A stretch of 63,767 bases of DNA, filler included. It is 8 parts of 8 records of this genome, joined end to end, with 100 filler letters (N's around TTAATTAATTAA, not from the genome) between each part and the next. Parts side by side here need not be neighbours in the genome. Positions count along the whole stretch, not along the records: positions 23,784 to 30,992 come from DRR723986_19740; positions 31,093 to 37,702 come from DRR723986_19744; positions 37,803 to 46,164 come from DRR723986_19788; 5 more parts are not named here. One strand, written 5' to 3'. Below the pieces are notes generated by a model. The model saw only the letters and a program-made list of their open reading frames with translations. It ran no database searches and was not told where the DNA came from. Each line of letters opens with the position of its first letter. The first letter of the stretch is position 1. This document shows positions 30,259-42,119 of this stretch, piece after piece. Position numbers and translations under genes: made by a program.

Positions 30259-31092
30259 CGGTTAAGGGCAGTCCTGACAAAAAAAAAGTGCAGTATTTGC
30301 GATATTTTTTTTGCGCGGCCGCCTTGGGAGCGGTTCGGCGAGTCACGGTGGCCTCGTGGATTTTCTTGGTCAATCACCAACTATTACCGGCTCGGTCTGG
30401 CAGTCTTCAGTAGCGCTTTGAAATCGCCCCACCACTTTGGTGTTGTTCCGCTTTCAGGCTTTGTTTGTGTTTTTGTTTGCCGCTGCATCTCAGGTCTCCA
30501 GCCGGCGATCTGCTGCAAGAATTTGAGTCAACAGCGCACAGCCGCAGAAAATTCAGAAGTCACTGAGCCACAACCCTGCCGACTCAAGTGTGTGAGCGGA
30601 AAAGTTCCATGCCGTTTATACGGCTTTTGCGGCCGTTGAGCTACACATCACTGGCCGTTCATGTTTTTAGCGATGGAAATTTGTGCTGGGCGCTTTAAGC
30701 TTGTAAAGGGGCAGGGAGAACTGCGCGGCCGTCAATTCGGTGGAAACACATGAGTTTGCAGGCTGCGGGAAATCCTGATGTGCCAGATAAATAGTGATTG
30801 AGTTTTCGTCCACGGATCTGGCCGGGCATAGGAATCCGGGCAGGCAGGAGGGCAGTGTGTGGGTGTTGTAGGAAGCGGTTTTGCGGTCTGTCTGGAGCGG
30901 TGGCTTTGGGCGGATGGTGGGGCTGTGGATGGAGGCTGCCTGGTAAGGCGGTTTCCGGTGGCGGTGGCGGGAAACACGGGTGGGCCCAAAGANNNNNNNN
31001 NNNNNNNNNNNNNNNNNNNNNNNNNNNNNNNNNNNNTTAATTAATTAANNNNNNNNNNNNNNNNNNNNNNNNNNNNNNNNNNNNNNNNNNNN

Positions 31093-31983
31093 AGGGATTT
31101 CCAGACTGCCGTAGTTACATTCAAAATAGCGGTGGTGCATCTGGTGGTGGAATGTGCCCAGCGCGAGACGGTTCTTGTCGTTGATCAACAGCCCCTGAAA
31201 CCCTGTGTGCGTCGAAATTGCCGTCAGGAAATAGTATTGCAGGTGAAAGAGAATGTGCAGCGGGTGCGCCCCGACCAAGATATGCACCAAGACCGATCCA
31301 AGAAAAATGATCTGTTCCACCGGGTGCATCGACATGCCGGACCATGGGCCGACGTTGATGTTGCGGTGATGCAGGGAATGGACATGCCTATAGAGAAACG
31401 GAATGTGCAATGCGCGGTGGATCACATAGAAATACAGGCTTTCCCAGATCGGAATGAGAAAAAAGATCGCAAGGAACCAGACCGGATTGCCCGACCATGT
31501 GACCATCGAGATGTGGCCATTTGCAAGCGCCCAAATCAGCAACACTTCATAAGCGGTCCAGATCAAAACGCCTGTGCCCAGGGTCCAGAACATATTGTCT
31601 CGGATTTGGCCGCCCAACGTGAACTGCTTGCCCTTGACCATTAGCGGGCGCGGATCATATTTCAGCGCCTTGCCCTGCACCGAGAATGTATAGAACCAAA
31701 GGTGCAGCCCGCCCGCGACACCAAAGGCCAGCAAGAGGTTGCGCAGATACATTTCGCCAATCCACCCAAATGCAAATGTCTTGCTTTCCTCCAGAGGTGG
31801 CTGAAACCAGTAATAGCTGGCAATCGCGATCCCAAGAACGATCAAGCGTTCGGTGATCAGAAACCAAGAGTTCCAGACCCATTTGCCCAGTTCTGCCGGA
31901 TTTAATGGCCAAACAAAAAGCGGCGACACCTTCAGCGGAATCTCTGGCAGATGGTTCCATCCCTTTAGCTGTTCTTCGGACAT
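31093..31983 (-). CDS. Sterol desaturase / fatty acid hydroxylase family protein (3' truncated)
   Basis: His boxes HRALH, HSLHH, HQMHH; SGMSMHPVE; several TM segments. Confidence 0.88.
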
Positions 31984-32081
31984 GGATAGCTCCTTGCAAA
32001 CCTTCCCAAAAGTTTGACATCCCGCGCATCATGCGACAAACAGAATTAAATTATGAATTACATCTGAAAATTCGAGGTTGA

Positions 32082-33017
32082 ATGCCGGTCTCCCTGCGTA
32101 CCATGCGATATTTCAACACTGTGCTGGCCCATGGCAGCATCGCAAACGCCGCAGAAGAGCTGAACATCGCCGCCTCTGCGGTATCTGCAGCCATTGATCA
32201 GATCGAAGCGCAGTTTCAGCTTAAACTCGTGAACAGAATCCGGTCTCGCGGTGTCACCCCAACTGCCAATGGCAAAGTGATGGAGCGCAAGTTTGCCCGC
32301 CTGTTGGAAGACTATGAAGCGGTGCTGGCAGACGGGTCAGAGCTGAAGCAAGCATTTAAAGGAGATTTGCGGATCGGTTATTACGCCCCGGTCGCGCCCG
32401 CGTTTTTGCCCAATATCCTGCGCAGTCTCCTTGGTTCGGATCAGCAGACCACCCTTCATCTGGAGGAGTGCGACAACATTCGCGCCCAGCAAGGTTTGCT
32501 GGCGGGTGAATTTGATGCCATCCTCTTTGTCGCAGATGGCACCCTACCGCAGATCGAATATGACGTGCTGTTGCAGGCACCAGTCTTTTGCCTGATGCCT
32601 GTGGATCATCCGCTTTCACGCCAAACATCTGTGCGGTTGAAAGATCTGGCCAAGCAAAACCTGATTGTTTTGGATCGCCCCGTTGCGGTCGATTATTACA
32701 AAAAGCTTTTTGATGGATCGCCCAACGCCCCCGAAACGATTGCCTATGCCAATTCCACCGAAATGGTGCGTAGCATGGTCGGCGCGGGCCACGGGATCGC
32801 CGTATTGAACATGCTGCCTTCAACAGACATCAGCTATGCCGGGGATCACTTGACCGCGCGGCCCATCGCTGAGGATCTACCCGCCCTTCCCTTGTCAATC
32901 GGTTATGATAAATCGAACCCGCGCCGCATCGTTCTTGAACTTGCCAATCATTGCCAAACCTATTTTCGGCAAGGCGATCCCCCAGCGCACATTGTTACGA
33001 TCCCGGATCAACAGTGA
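32082..33017 (+). CDS. LysR family regulator
   Basis: SLRTMRYFNTVLAHGSIANAAEELNIAASAVS; divergent from the desaturase. Confidence 0.9.
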   Translation: MPVSLRTMRYFNTVLAHGSIANAAEELNIAASAVSAAIDQIEAQFQLKLVNRIRSRGVTPTANGKVMERKFARLLEDYEAVLADGSELKQAFKGDLRIGYYAPVAPAFLPNILRSLLGSDQQTTLHLEECDNIRAQQGLLAGEFDAILFVADGTLPQIEYDVLLQAPVFCLMPVDHPLSRQTSVRLKDLAKQNLIVLDRPVAVDYYKKLFDGSPNAPETIAYANSTEMVRSMVGAGHGIAVLNMLPSTDISYAGDHLTARPIAEDLPALPLSIGYDKSNPRRIVLELANHCQTYFRQGDPPAHIVTIPDQQ

Positions 33018-33148
33018 CGGGCGCTGCCGCATCATTTCACCGATGATTTTGTCTTATTACGATCCTTCAGAGAGACGATTTGATTGGCTTTCGGGTTTGA
33101 ATTGCGGGATGTTTCTCAAAAGATCTCCCTCAGCGAACTGATGTTCTC

Positions 33149-34123
33149 ATGGCAACACATGCTTCCAACAAAGAACTCAACCTGAAGGGGTTGGAGCTTT
33201 TTCAGACCTATGCGCGCACGCAGTCGTTGCAGGACACCGCTGAGGAAGCTGGCTTGTCGATCAGCACAGTTTCTCACCATTTGCGCAATCTCGAAAACCA
33301 TCTGGGTGTGGATCTGTTTGACCACAGCCGCAGACCGATGCTCCTGACACCAACAGGGCGTAATTTTCTGCGCAATATCGCGCATCCCATGCAGGCCATC
33401 CGCAAGGCCACCGCCGAAGCATCCGCCGGCAATGTAGCAGATGCATCTTACCTGCGGGTCGGCACCATCGAAGATCTGGACAGTGACGTTACACCAGAAC
33501 TTGCGGTTTATCTCTCCCAGAAGATGCCGGACTGCAATTTCCTCTACCACACCGGCACCAGCCACGAGATCATCAAGATGCTGCGCCACAGGGAGTTGGA
33601 CCTGGGGATCGTGACAACACCGGTTAGATCTACCAACGACCTGATAGAGTGGCCGCTACTGCGCGACCCTTTTGTTGCCGTGCTGCCTGTGTCGGCGGAA
33701 CCCTCACTGCCCGATATCGTCGCAGGAAAGACCAAGCTGCCATTCCTGCAATTCTCAAGCGATTTGATCATTGCCGCCCAGATCGAAGCTCAACTGCGCC
33801 GATTGGGAGTACAGTTGCCAAACAAATTCAAATGCGGCAACAACCAGACGCTGATGGCCATGGTTGCAGCGGGTGCGGGCTGGACCATCACAACACCGCT
33901 GCTGTTTTCCCGTGCAAGACGGTTTCAACCCAAGCTGCGCATGCATCCCTTTCCCGGCAAAAGCTTTGGGCGCACCCTGTCCTTGATCACCAGCCCCGAT
34001 TGTGCGCAATCCGTGATCGACCTGGTTAGCTATAAAGTGCGCCTCGAATTGAGCCAGCAGGCAATTGCTGAGACCCATCGCATTACGCCTTGGCTCAAAG
34101 ATGAGTTCGCCCTCATCAACTAG
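33149..34123 (+). CDS. LysR family regulator
   Basis: LNLKGLELF...GLSISTVSHHLRNLENHLGVDLFD. Confidence 0.9.
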   Translation: MATHASNKELNLKGLELFQTYARTQSLQDTAEEAGLSISTVSHHLRNLENHLGVDLFDHSRRPMLLTPTGRNFLRNIAHPMQAIRKATAEASAGNVADASYLRVGTIEDLDSDVTPELAVYLSQKMPDCNFLYHTGTSHEIIKMLRHRELDLGIVTTPVRSTNDLIEWPLLRDPFVAVLPVSAEPSLPDIVAGKTKLPFLQFSSDLIIAAQIEAQLRRLGVQLPNKFKCGNNQTLMAMVAAGAGWTITTPLLFSRARRFQPKLRMHPFPGKSFGRTLSLITSPDCAQSVIDLVSYKVRLELSQQAIAETHRITPWLKDEFALIN

Positions 34124-34375
34124 CGTGGAGCCATGTCCCGACGGGGTTTTCACGCGGGCTTTGATCCTGCGTTTCAAATACGGCGGCAAATTCTGGGACT
34201 TCGCCGAGGTCCGTCCCACTCCAGACAATCGCTTGGGTGACTTGCCGCAATACTGACACTTTAAATCTCACCAGATCGAAGTTTATCTCCTACCTTCTGA
34301 GAATAGATACCCATTCCTTGAACCCAAAGCGCAAGTCTTGCTTTGGTAAGCGAACCATTTCTGAGGGGAACGTAA

Positions 34376-36811
34376 ATGAAATCACGCACAAAGGTTGTGG
34401 TCATCGGCGGTGGGATCGCCGGCTGTTCAACATTGTATCACCTGACCGAAGAAGGCTGGAGCGACGTTGTTCTGATCGAACGGGATGAGCTGACCTCTGG
34501 CACCACATGGCACTCTGCGGCGCAGGTGACGAATTTCGGCATGAACCAGACGATGGTGGGGCTCAAGACCCATTCCATCAACCTTTATAAGAAGTTACGT
34601 GACGACCCAGAATATCCTGTCGGCTACCACCATGGTGACGGCGGCATCCGGCTGGCCAACACCGAAGAACAGATGCAGGGCTATCGCCACTTTGCCTCGA
34701 TGGCGCGGGGCATGGGAGTGACCTTTGAAGTCATCGACGCAGAGGAATGCGCCCGCCGGCACCCGCTGATCTCGACAGATAACCTGCTGGGTGGTCTTTG
34801 GGATGGCGAAGACGGTGATATCGATCCGGCGCAGCTGTGTCAGGCCCTCGCGTTTCATGCCCGCAAGGCTGGTGCGGAAGTGTATCGCCACACCAACGTT
34901 ACCGCGCTGACCCAGCATGCCGATGACACATGGACAGTAGAGACCGACAAAGGCAGCATTGACGCCGATATCGTTGTAAACGCCTGCGGTTACCGCGTGA
35001 ACGAAGTGGGTGCCATGATGGACGTGCATCATCCTGTGGCATCCATGGAACACCAGTATTTCGTCACCGAAGACATTCCGGCCATCGCCGAGGCCGGTCA
35101 CCGCATGCCGCTGTTGCGTTGTCCGATCAGCGATTATTATTCGCGGCAGGAAAAGAATGGCCTTTTGGTGGGGTTCTACGAACAGGACTGCAAAACATGG
35201 GGCATGGATGGCATCAGCCCAAGCTTTGCCAACGACCTCTGCCCCGATGATTTGAACCGGGTAATGGACGTGCTGGAGGGGGCGTTTGCGAGGATGCCTG
35301 CCCTGACCGAAGTTGGCATCAAACGTGTGGTCAACGGCCCGATCACCTATACGATTGACGGAGCGCCGCTTGTTGGCCCGATCCCAGGCAAACGAAACGC
35401 ATTTTGCATCATCGGCCTGCGGGCGGGTGTGGGCGAAGGCGGCGGCCACGGCTGGCTCCTTGCGCAGCAGATCGTGCATGGCGAGGCGCAGTATGACACG
35501 TGGTGCATCGATCCACGGCGGTTCACCGGGCATACAAATGTCGAACTGACCGCGCTCAAGGCAATCGAAGACTACCAGAACGAATTCCGCTTTCATTTCC
35601 CTCACGAACACCGCCCCGCCGGACGCAACGCCAAGACAACACCGCTCACGCCGATCATGGCCGCCGAAGGTGCAGAATTTACCGTCGTGAATGGATGGGA
35701 GCGGGTGGATTACATCAAGCCGTCACCGGATTTCCACCCGAGCTTGAGCTTCAACTTCGACGAGACCTTCGACATTGTCGGCGCAGAGGTCCGCAACGTG
35801 CAGGAAAACGTTGGTCTATGCGAGGTGAACGGCTTCAACCGCTTCGAGATTACCGGCGCCGACCGGCACAGTTTCCTCGACCGGATGTTTTGCGGGGCCG
35901 TCACCAAAAAGGATGGCCGCGTGGGCCTTGGGTATTTGCTGAACCATCACGGCATGATCAAAGGTGAGGCAACGATTGCGAATATCCCGGCCTCCGATCG
36001 CGGCCCGGCCCGCTGTTGGTATGGATCGGCAGCGGCTTCCGAATTTCACGACATGGATTGGCTGACCCAGCATTTGCAACCGGACGAAGACGTGAAGATC
36101 CACAGCCTGACCAACGATCAGACAATCCTTGTGCTGGCCGGCCCCAAAGCACGCGATGTGCTTTCGGGTTGCGCCCGTGGCGACTGGTCCAAAGAGGCAT
36201 TCCCATGGCTGTCGGTGCGCGAATGCTTCATCGGTTTCTCGCCCGCGACCGTGCTGGGTGTCAGCTTTTCTGGTGAACTGGCGTATGAAATCCACGTGCC
36301 AAACGCCTCACTTTATGCCGTCTATCTTGCCCTGCGCGAGGCGGGCAAAGCACATGGCATGAAACTCTTTGGCGCGCGCGCAGTGGAATCCATGCGGCTT
36401 GAAAAAGGCTTTCTGCATTGGAAGGCCGATCTGCTAACCGAATTTGATCCCTTTGAGACAGGGCTGGACCGCTTTGTTCGCCCGGACAAGGGGGCGTTCA
36501 TTGGACAGGATGCCTTGCGGGCGCGGATGAAGACCGGGCCACAGCGCCGCCTTGTGACGCTCAAGGTAGACAGCACAACCGCACCTGCGCATGGTGGCGC
36601 CTCGCTGATGCAAGGTGATGCGGTCGTGGGCACGGTCACATCGGGTGAATGGGGGCATCGTGTGGGGATGAACCTCGCCTATGCCTTTGTCCTGCCGGAA
36701 CTGGCGACGATTGGCAGCACCATGCAGTTGGATCTGTGTGGTGAATTGGTGACGGCAGAGGTGATCCCGCCCGCCCCCTATGACCCGGAACACATCCGCA
36801 TGCGCGCCTGA
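34376..36811 (+). CDS. GcvT-family FAD-dependent oxidoreductase (dimethylglycine/sarcosine dehydrogenase-like)
   Basis: VVVIGGGIAG, LTSGTTWHSA, VNGPITYTIDG, SFSGELAYEIH, ESMRLEKG. Confidence 0.92.
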   Translation: MKSRTKVVVIGGGIAGCSTLYHLTEEGWSDVVLIERDELTSGTTWHSAAQVTNFGMNQTMVGLKTHSINLYKKLRDDPEYPVGYHHGDGGIRLANTEEQMQGYRHFASMARGMGVTFEVIDAEECARRHPLISTDNLLGGLWDGEDGDIDPAQLCQALAFHARKAGAEVYRHTNVTALTQHADDTWTVETDKGSIDADIVVNACGYRVNEVGAMMDVHHPVASMEHQYFVTEDIPAIAEAGHRMPLLRCPISDYYSRQEKNGLLVGFYEQDCKTWGMDGISPSFANDLCPDDLNRVMDVLEGAFARMPALTEVGIKRVVNGPITYTIDGAPLVGPIPGKRNAFCIIGLRAGVGEGGGHGWLLAQQIVHGEAQYDTWCIDPRRFTGHTNVELTALKAIEDYQNEFRFHFPHEHRPAGRNAKTTPLTPIMAAEGAEFTVVNGWERVDYIKPSPDFHPSLSFNFDETFDIVGAEVRNVQENVGLCEVNGFNRFEITGADRHSFLDRMFCGAVTKKDGRVGLGYLLNHHGMIKGEATIANIPASDRGPARCWYGSAAASEFHDMDWLTQHLQPDEDVKIHSLTNDQTILVLAGPKARDVLSGCARGDWSKEAFPWLSVRECFIGFSPATVLGVSFSGELAYEIHVPNASLYAVYLALREAGKAHGMKLFGARAVESMRLEKGFLHWKADLLTEFDPFETGLDRFVRPDKGAFIGQDALRARMKTGPQRRLVTLKVDSTTAPAHGGASLMQGDAVVGTVTSGEWGHRVGMNLAYAFVLPELATIGSTMQLDLCGELVTAEVIPPAPYDPEHIRMRA

Positions 36812-36824
36812 CCTTGCAACGGGG

Positions 36825-37702
36825 TCAGGGGCTTCTGGCGATGTTGGTTGTGACGTTCCGCGTGGCGCGGCTTCGTGTCAGGACAATTGCGGTGATGACC
36901 AACGCACAGGCACTGAGCTGCGCAATCGTCAGGATCTCGCCAAATGCGAACATGCCGACAAGAAACATGGTTGGCAGTTCGACGCTGCCAATCACAGCGG
37001 TGCGCGACGCGCCAATGAGAGGAGAACTGACAGTATAGATCAGCTGTGGGACAAGCGCGGAGACAACCGCAATTCCCAAAATCAACATCCATGTACTTGC
37101 GTCAGCAGGCAAAATTTCCGCCGCCGTCGACGTCGCAACAAGCGGCGAGAGCGCCAATACCGATCCCAGTGAAACAGACGCGATCCTCGCAAGCGGTGGA
37201 ATGCGCGAAAGGCGATGCACAAGAACGCATATACCAAATCCGAACCCCAGAGGCGCCGCCAGCGAAAGGATCAATGTCGGCAAGTGTTGAGGAGGAACCG
37301 CAGTTGGATTTCCGGCGATGACGGCGGCAATAAAGATCAAGCCGGAGGCAAACAAGGCCCTGCGGGATGGTGGATCGGCAAATATAGCCCATGCAATGAC
37401 GACCGTGAACACAGGGTAAGTCATATAGAGTACGCCAACTGTCGACGCTGGGATCGTTTCGACCGCCCTTACGTATCCGATCCACCCCAGCCCCATGCCA
37501 GCGCCTGCACAGAGACCCCAGACAAGTTCGCGCCATGCCTTCAACTGCCTCAGAAACGCAGGCAATAAAATCACGGCGGTGATGACATATCGGTAAAAAG
37601 CCACCGAATGCGCGGCCAACCCTTGGTCGGTCAGATTTCTGCTGAAATAGGGGACGATGCCAAAACAGACCGACGCAAAAAGCACCCCAAGCGCGGCCAA
37701 TG
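36825..37702 (-). CDS. DMT/EamA family transporter (5' end at contig edge)
   Basis: About ten hydrophobic helices in two EamA-like halves. Confidence 0.82.
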
Positions 37703-37802
37703 NNNNNNNNNNNNNNNNNNNNNNNNNNNNNNNNNNNNNNNNNNNNTTAATTAATTAANNNNNNNNNNNNNNNNNNNNNNNNNNNNNNNNNNNNNNNNNN
37801 NN

Positions 37803-37833
37803 AAAAAGCTCCTAAATTTAGGAGCTTTTTTTT
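37803..37833. terminator. Bidirectional intrinsic terminator
   Basis: AAAAAGCTCCTAAA-TTTAGGAGCTTTTTTTT. Confidence 0.75.
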
Positions 37834-37849
37834 GATTATCCGTTATTAA

Positions 37850-40531
37850 TTAATCAATAACAATTTTCTTAGTTACTTTTTGAGGACCGTCAGAAATACT
37901 CAATAAATAAACACCAGATTGTGCGTTATTTAATCTAATTACTTCTTCAAATCTACTTACACTATTAAAAGTGTTAGTATAAATACTTCTACCTCTTACA
38001 TCATATACTTCTATAGTAATATCTTCACCAGATTTTGGGTTGAATCCTATATTGAATTCACCGTTATTAGGGTTAGGATAAATACTCAGGTTATCTAATT
38101 CATTTTCTTCAATAGAAAGTCCTGAAGTAGTACATAATTCAACTGACCAATTATTTAAAGTCCCTGTATCACCTGCAAAAAAGTCTGCAATTAAAATTGT
38201 CCAGTCTCCTTGCGAATCTAATCCATTAAATGCCGATAATGCTTCGGCTGGAGCATATGTTGCACCAATCCCTGTTAGACCACAGTCTATAGCGGGTGCA
38301 CCATCTTCAAATTCTACAACAATATTATCTACACTACCACAGTTACCTATCCATGTGTTTACCTCTGTTGTGCCATTTGGATGAATTAATCTAACTAATA
38401 AATCACCAACATAAGTATGGGTTATATCTACACTAAATTTTATAGACTCAATAGTATAACTATCTGGTACATTTAGTGTTCTTACTAATGGTGGACCATT
38501 TGCTGGCGATGTAGTACCTGTGCCATCTTCAATTGCCGCATTTACAGCTCCAGAGCTATATACTGTACACGTTTCCGTTGCTCCAATAGCAATATCTTCC
38601 GTGTTTATATTAAAAAATATTCCGTTTGCTGCTTGTACCATTACTCTACAATTTACCGAAGATACATTTGGTACAACAATATCATGAGATCCGTCATTAG
38701 GAACATTAGTTGCTAAGACAGTATCATAATTCTCGCCATCAGTTGCTAAAAGAATATTAACATTAGCTTCATTAACACTATTTCCTGTTGTCCCTGCAAC
38801 ATTCCAAGTAACTGTTTGAGTTGTTCCAACATCCCAAGATTGTCCGTCCACATTTTGAGACGTTACAATAAATGGTCCTGCAGCAGTTGTCACTGTTGCT
38901 GTCATAGCGTCAAAATCCGTTTGTCCACCTGAAGCGTCATTGTCTCTAACTGTTAATCTATATGTGATTCCTCGGTTGACTGTTGCTAGTTTTTCCCAAG
39001 TAGTAGATCCGCCTGTGGCCTTTAAATCTTGTAGTCTTGGTACGTAACGCACTGGATTTGCTGTGCCCTCAAAAGACCTAACAAGTGGTCCAGACGCAGT
39101 AGTTTCTGTTGGGACACCAGCAGGACCCAAGTCATATTGCTCCCAGGTATAAGTCAAAGTTCCATTTCCATCAGGGTCAGATGATGCACTACCATCTAAC
39201 ATATATGGAGTGCCTTGAGGAATAGTAAAATTGACACCAGCATTAGCTGTTGGTTCTGTATTACCTGTATTTGATCTATTTACAGGACAAGCGCCTGTGC
39301 TTGAAATGTGGGTCCACATTCTCACTAAACTTCTTTGGTGGAAATAAGCATCACTATTACTTTGGATGTTGTCAGAACCACAAATACCTGCATAAGCCAT
39401 AATTGTTGATCCACTACCAGGCTCATATGCATCAAATGAAGATCTATTACCACCTGCACAATTTCCTTGCGAACCATTAAATGTATGTGGTGAACCAAAT
39501 TGATGACCTAATTCGTGTGCTACAAAGTCAATGTCGTACGGATCTCCTTCAGGAGCTGGTGAACCTGTAATACCTCTAGCTTTATTTCCAAAAGAACACG
39601 TTACACCTAAACCAGCTAATCCTCCACCACCAGTACTAAACGTGTGACCTATATCATAGTTGGCACTACCAATATTAGAATCTATAACACTTTGACTTTG
39701 GTTAATCAATAGACCTGCATTATTATTATCTAAACCATCAGGCTCAGCAGTAAAAATGATACTACTATTTGGTACCATAGTCATGGTAACAGATAAATCT
39801 CTTTCGTAAATACCATTAACTCTATTCATAGTTACAACCATTGCAGCCATAGCACCTGCAACTGTACCTCCATGATACGCCGTGTATTCAACCGTTGCTG
39901 CAATAGCAATTCTATAATCTCTTAAAACACCATCATCTGCATTTCTCGCCATTGGGTCTTCATCTAACGATCTGTCTAAAAGCGGGTCATCAATTACACC
40001 ACACTCAAATTCAAAATCTCTTGGTGCTAAATCCCCTTTTGAATACACTGTGTAAACATTACCATCAACTGAAAATGGATCGATGAATTGTGTACCTCTA
40101 TCTGTACCCAAAAACATAGCGTGTAACCCTTTTGGTGTTATACTAAAGCGAATTGTCTCTGTCGGATTGTCAATACCTTGCCCTGCATATGTTCTCATAT
40201 TAGGATATTCGTCCTGTAATTCTGGAGTCATTATTGAAGCTTCAAAAACTTCATAATTGTTTAATTCTCCTTCTGAATTTGGAAAACTTAAAACAATATT
40301 GTTTGATTGATTTCTATCACCAACATTAGACAATGTACTTTTTAAATTTTCTAAATTAAGTTGATAAAATTTTTCTTTTACAAGACTTATTTTTCTAGAA
40401 TGCTGCTCTATTCTTTGGGCCTTAACAGCATCAAATTCTGTCCAAAGTTCATTTGAATTCTGGGCATCTACTGTGAATGAAAATAATGCAATAAAAATTG
40501 CAATTACTTTAGATAGGTAGTTTTGATTCAT
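37850..40531 (-). CDS. Reprolysin-like (M12B) zinc metalloprotease with P-proprotein domain and T9SS C-terminal domain
   Basis: HELGHQFGSPH, Met-turn STIMAY, ITHTYVGDL...GDWTI..D...DTGTLNNW, IYPNPNNG...GVYLL...KKIVID. Confidence 0.92.
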   Translation of the reverse strand: MNQNYLSKVIAIFIALFSFTVDAQNSNELWTEFDAVKAQRIEQHSRKISLVKEKFYQLNLENLKSTLSNVGDRNQSNNIVLSFPNSEGELNNYEVFEASIMTPELQDEYPNMRTYAGQGIDNPTETIRFSITPKGLHAMFLGTDRGTQFIDPFSVDGNVYTVYSKGDLAPRDFEFECGVIDDPLLDRSLDEDPMARNADDGVLRDYRIAIAATVEYTAYHGGTVAGAMAAMVVTMNRVNGIYERDLSVTMTMVPNSSIIFTAEPDGLDNNNAGLLINQSQSVIDSNIGSANYDIGHTFSTGGGGLAGLGVTCSFGNKARGITGSPAPEGDPYDIDFVAHELGHQFGSPHTFNGSQGNCAGGNRSSFDAYEPGSGSTIMAYAGICGSDNIQSNSDAYFHQRSLVRMWTHISSTGACPVNRSNTGNTEPTANAGVNFTIPQGTPYMLDGSASSDPDGNGTLTYTWEQYDLGPAGVPTETTASGPLVRSFEGTANPVRYVPRLQDLKATGGSTTWEKLATVNRGITYRLTVRDNDASGGQTDFDAMTATVTTAAGPFIVTSQNVDGQSWDVGTTQTVTWNVAGTTGNSVNEANVNILLATDGENYDTVLATNVPNDGSHDIVVPNVSSVNCRVMVQAANGIFFNINTEDIAIGATETCTVYSSGAVNAAIEDGTGTTSPANGPPLVRTLNVPDSYTIESIKFSVDITHTYVGDLLVRLIHPNGTTEVNTWIGNCGSVDNIVVEFEDGAPAIDCGLTGIGATYAPAEALSAFNGLDSQGDWTILIADFFAGDTGTLNNWSVELCTTSGLSIEENELDNLSIYPNPNNGEFNIGFNPKSGEDITIEVYDVRGRSIYTNTFNSVSRFEEVIRLNNAQSGVYLLSISDGPQKVTKKIVID

Positions 40532-40655
40532 AATAATTTTTTTATAAGCTTTAAAGTTAGTCGTATTTGGGCTGAATATCAAACAAATTAGAAATTATCT
40601 GAAAATTAATTAGGCCATAAAACCTGGTTTTTATTTAATAAGAACTATAGAAAAT

Positions 40656-40681
40656 AAAAAACCCAAGCAATGCTTGGGTTT
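40656..40681 (-). terminator. Intrinsic terminator after accC
   Basis: AAAAAACCCAAGCA-a-TGCTTGGGTTT. Confidence 0.75.
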
Positions 40682-40687
40682 ATATTT

Positions 40688-42037
40688 CTAGTCTTCCTCT
40701 GGTTGAATCTCAAAGTCCTCCATAAATTTAGTGGTGTAATTTCCAGCCAAATAGTCTGGATGTTCCATTAATTGTCTATGGAAAGGAATTGTGGTTTTAA
40801 TACCCTCAATTACGAATTCATCTAAAGCACGCTTCATTTTATTAATAGCCTCTTCTCTGGTTTGCGCAGTTGTAATTAACTTTGCTATCATTGAATCGTA
40901 ATTTGGTGGTATACTATAACCAGCATATACATGTGTATCTAGTCTTACGCCATGACCACCTGGTGCATGTAAGGTTGTAATCTTACCTGGTGATGGTCTA
41001 AAATCATTAAAAGGATCTTCGGCATTAATTCTACACTCTATTGAATGAAGATTTGGTTTATAATTCTTACCCGAAATAGGTACACCTGCAGCAACTAATA
41101 TTTGTTCTCTAATTAGATCAAAATCTATTACTTGTTCTGTAATAGGATGCTCCACTTGAATACGCGTATTCATTTCCATAAAGTAGAAGTTGCGGTGCTT
41201 GTCAACTAAGAACTCCACAGTACCTGCGCCTTCATACTTAATAAATTCGGCTGCTTTAACTGCCGCTTTACCCATTTTGTCTCTCAATTTATCAGTCATA
41301 AATGGAGATGGTACTTCTTCTGTTAATTTTTGATGCCTTCTTTGTACAGAGCAATCTCTTTCGGATAAATGACAAGCCTTACCACGAGAGTCACCAACAA
41401 CTTGAATTTCAATATGGCGTGGCTCTTCAATGAGTTTCTCCATATACATATCGTCGTTTCCAAATGCTGCTTTAGATTCTTGCCTGGCAGAATCCCATGC
41501 ATCTTTCAGGTCTTCAGGTTTCCAAACGGCTCTCATTCCTTTTCCACCTCCACCTGCTGTAGCCTTAAGCATAACAGGGTAACCAGTCTCTTTAGCTATT
41601 TTCTGGCATTGTTCAAAGTCTTCTATAATTCCATCACTTCCAGGTACGCAAGGTACACCTGCAGCTTTCATGGTAGCTTTTGCAGTTGCCTTATCACCCA
41701 TTTTTGCTATCATTTCTTCTGAAGCGCCAATAAACTTTATACCGTGTTCTTCACAAATTTTAGAAAATTTCGCGTTTTCTGACAAAAAACCATAACCAGG
41801 ATGAATAGCATCTGCATTTGTAATTTCTGCAGCTGCAATTATATTAGATATTTTTAAATACGACTCAGTACTTGGCGCAGGTCCGATGCAAACCGCTTCA
41901 TCAGCGAATTTTACATGCAAACTTTCAGCATCTGCTGTTGAGTACACTGCAACCGTCTTAACGCCCATTTCTTTACAGGTTCTAATAACACGTAAAGCTA
42001 TTTCACCTCTGTTGGCAATTAATATTTTTTTAAACAT
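40688..42037 (-). CDS. accC: Acetyl-CoA carboxylase biotin carboxylase subunit
   Basis: [32 protein letters not shown]. Confidence 0.97.
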   Translation of the reverse strand: MFKKILIANRGEIALRVIRTCKEMGVKTVAVYSTADAESLHVKFADEAVCIGPAPSTESYLKISNIIAAAEITNADAIHPGYGFLSENAKFSKICEEHGIKFIGASEEMIAKMGDKATAKATMKAAGVPCVPGSDGIIEDFEQCQKIAKETGYPVMLKATAGGGGKGMRAVWKPEDLKDAWDSARQESKAAFGNDDMYMEKLIEEPRHIEIQVVGDSRGKACHLSERDCSVQRRHQKLTEEVPSPFMTDKLRDKMGKAAVKAAEFIKYEGAGTVEFLVDKHRNFYFMEMNTRIQVEHPITEQVIDFDLIREQILVAAGVPISGKNYKPNLHSIECRINAEDPFNDFRPSPGKITTLHAPGGHGVRLDTHVYAGYSIPPNYDSMIAKLITTAQTREEAINKMKRALDEFVIEGIKTTIPFHRQLMEHPDYLAGNYTTKFMEDFEIQPEED

Positions 42038-42119
42038 AACTTTTGTTTTAAAAATTCATTTTCCAAGCGCCAAATTCCAACTATTGGTTCTGGGATTTGT
42101 AAATTGGAATTTTCAATGG

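Noticed and set aside
30790-30992. G-rich, strand-skewed stretch as an ncRNA or G-quadruplex
   Set aside because: No clear periodicity or fold, and it is cut by the contig end
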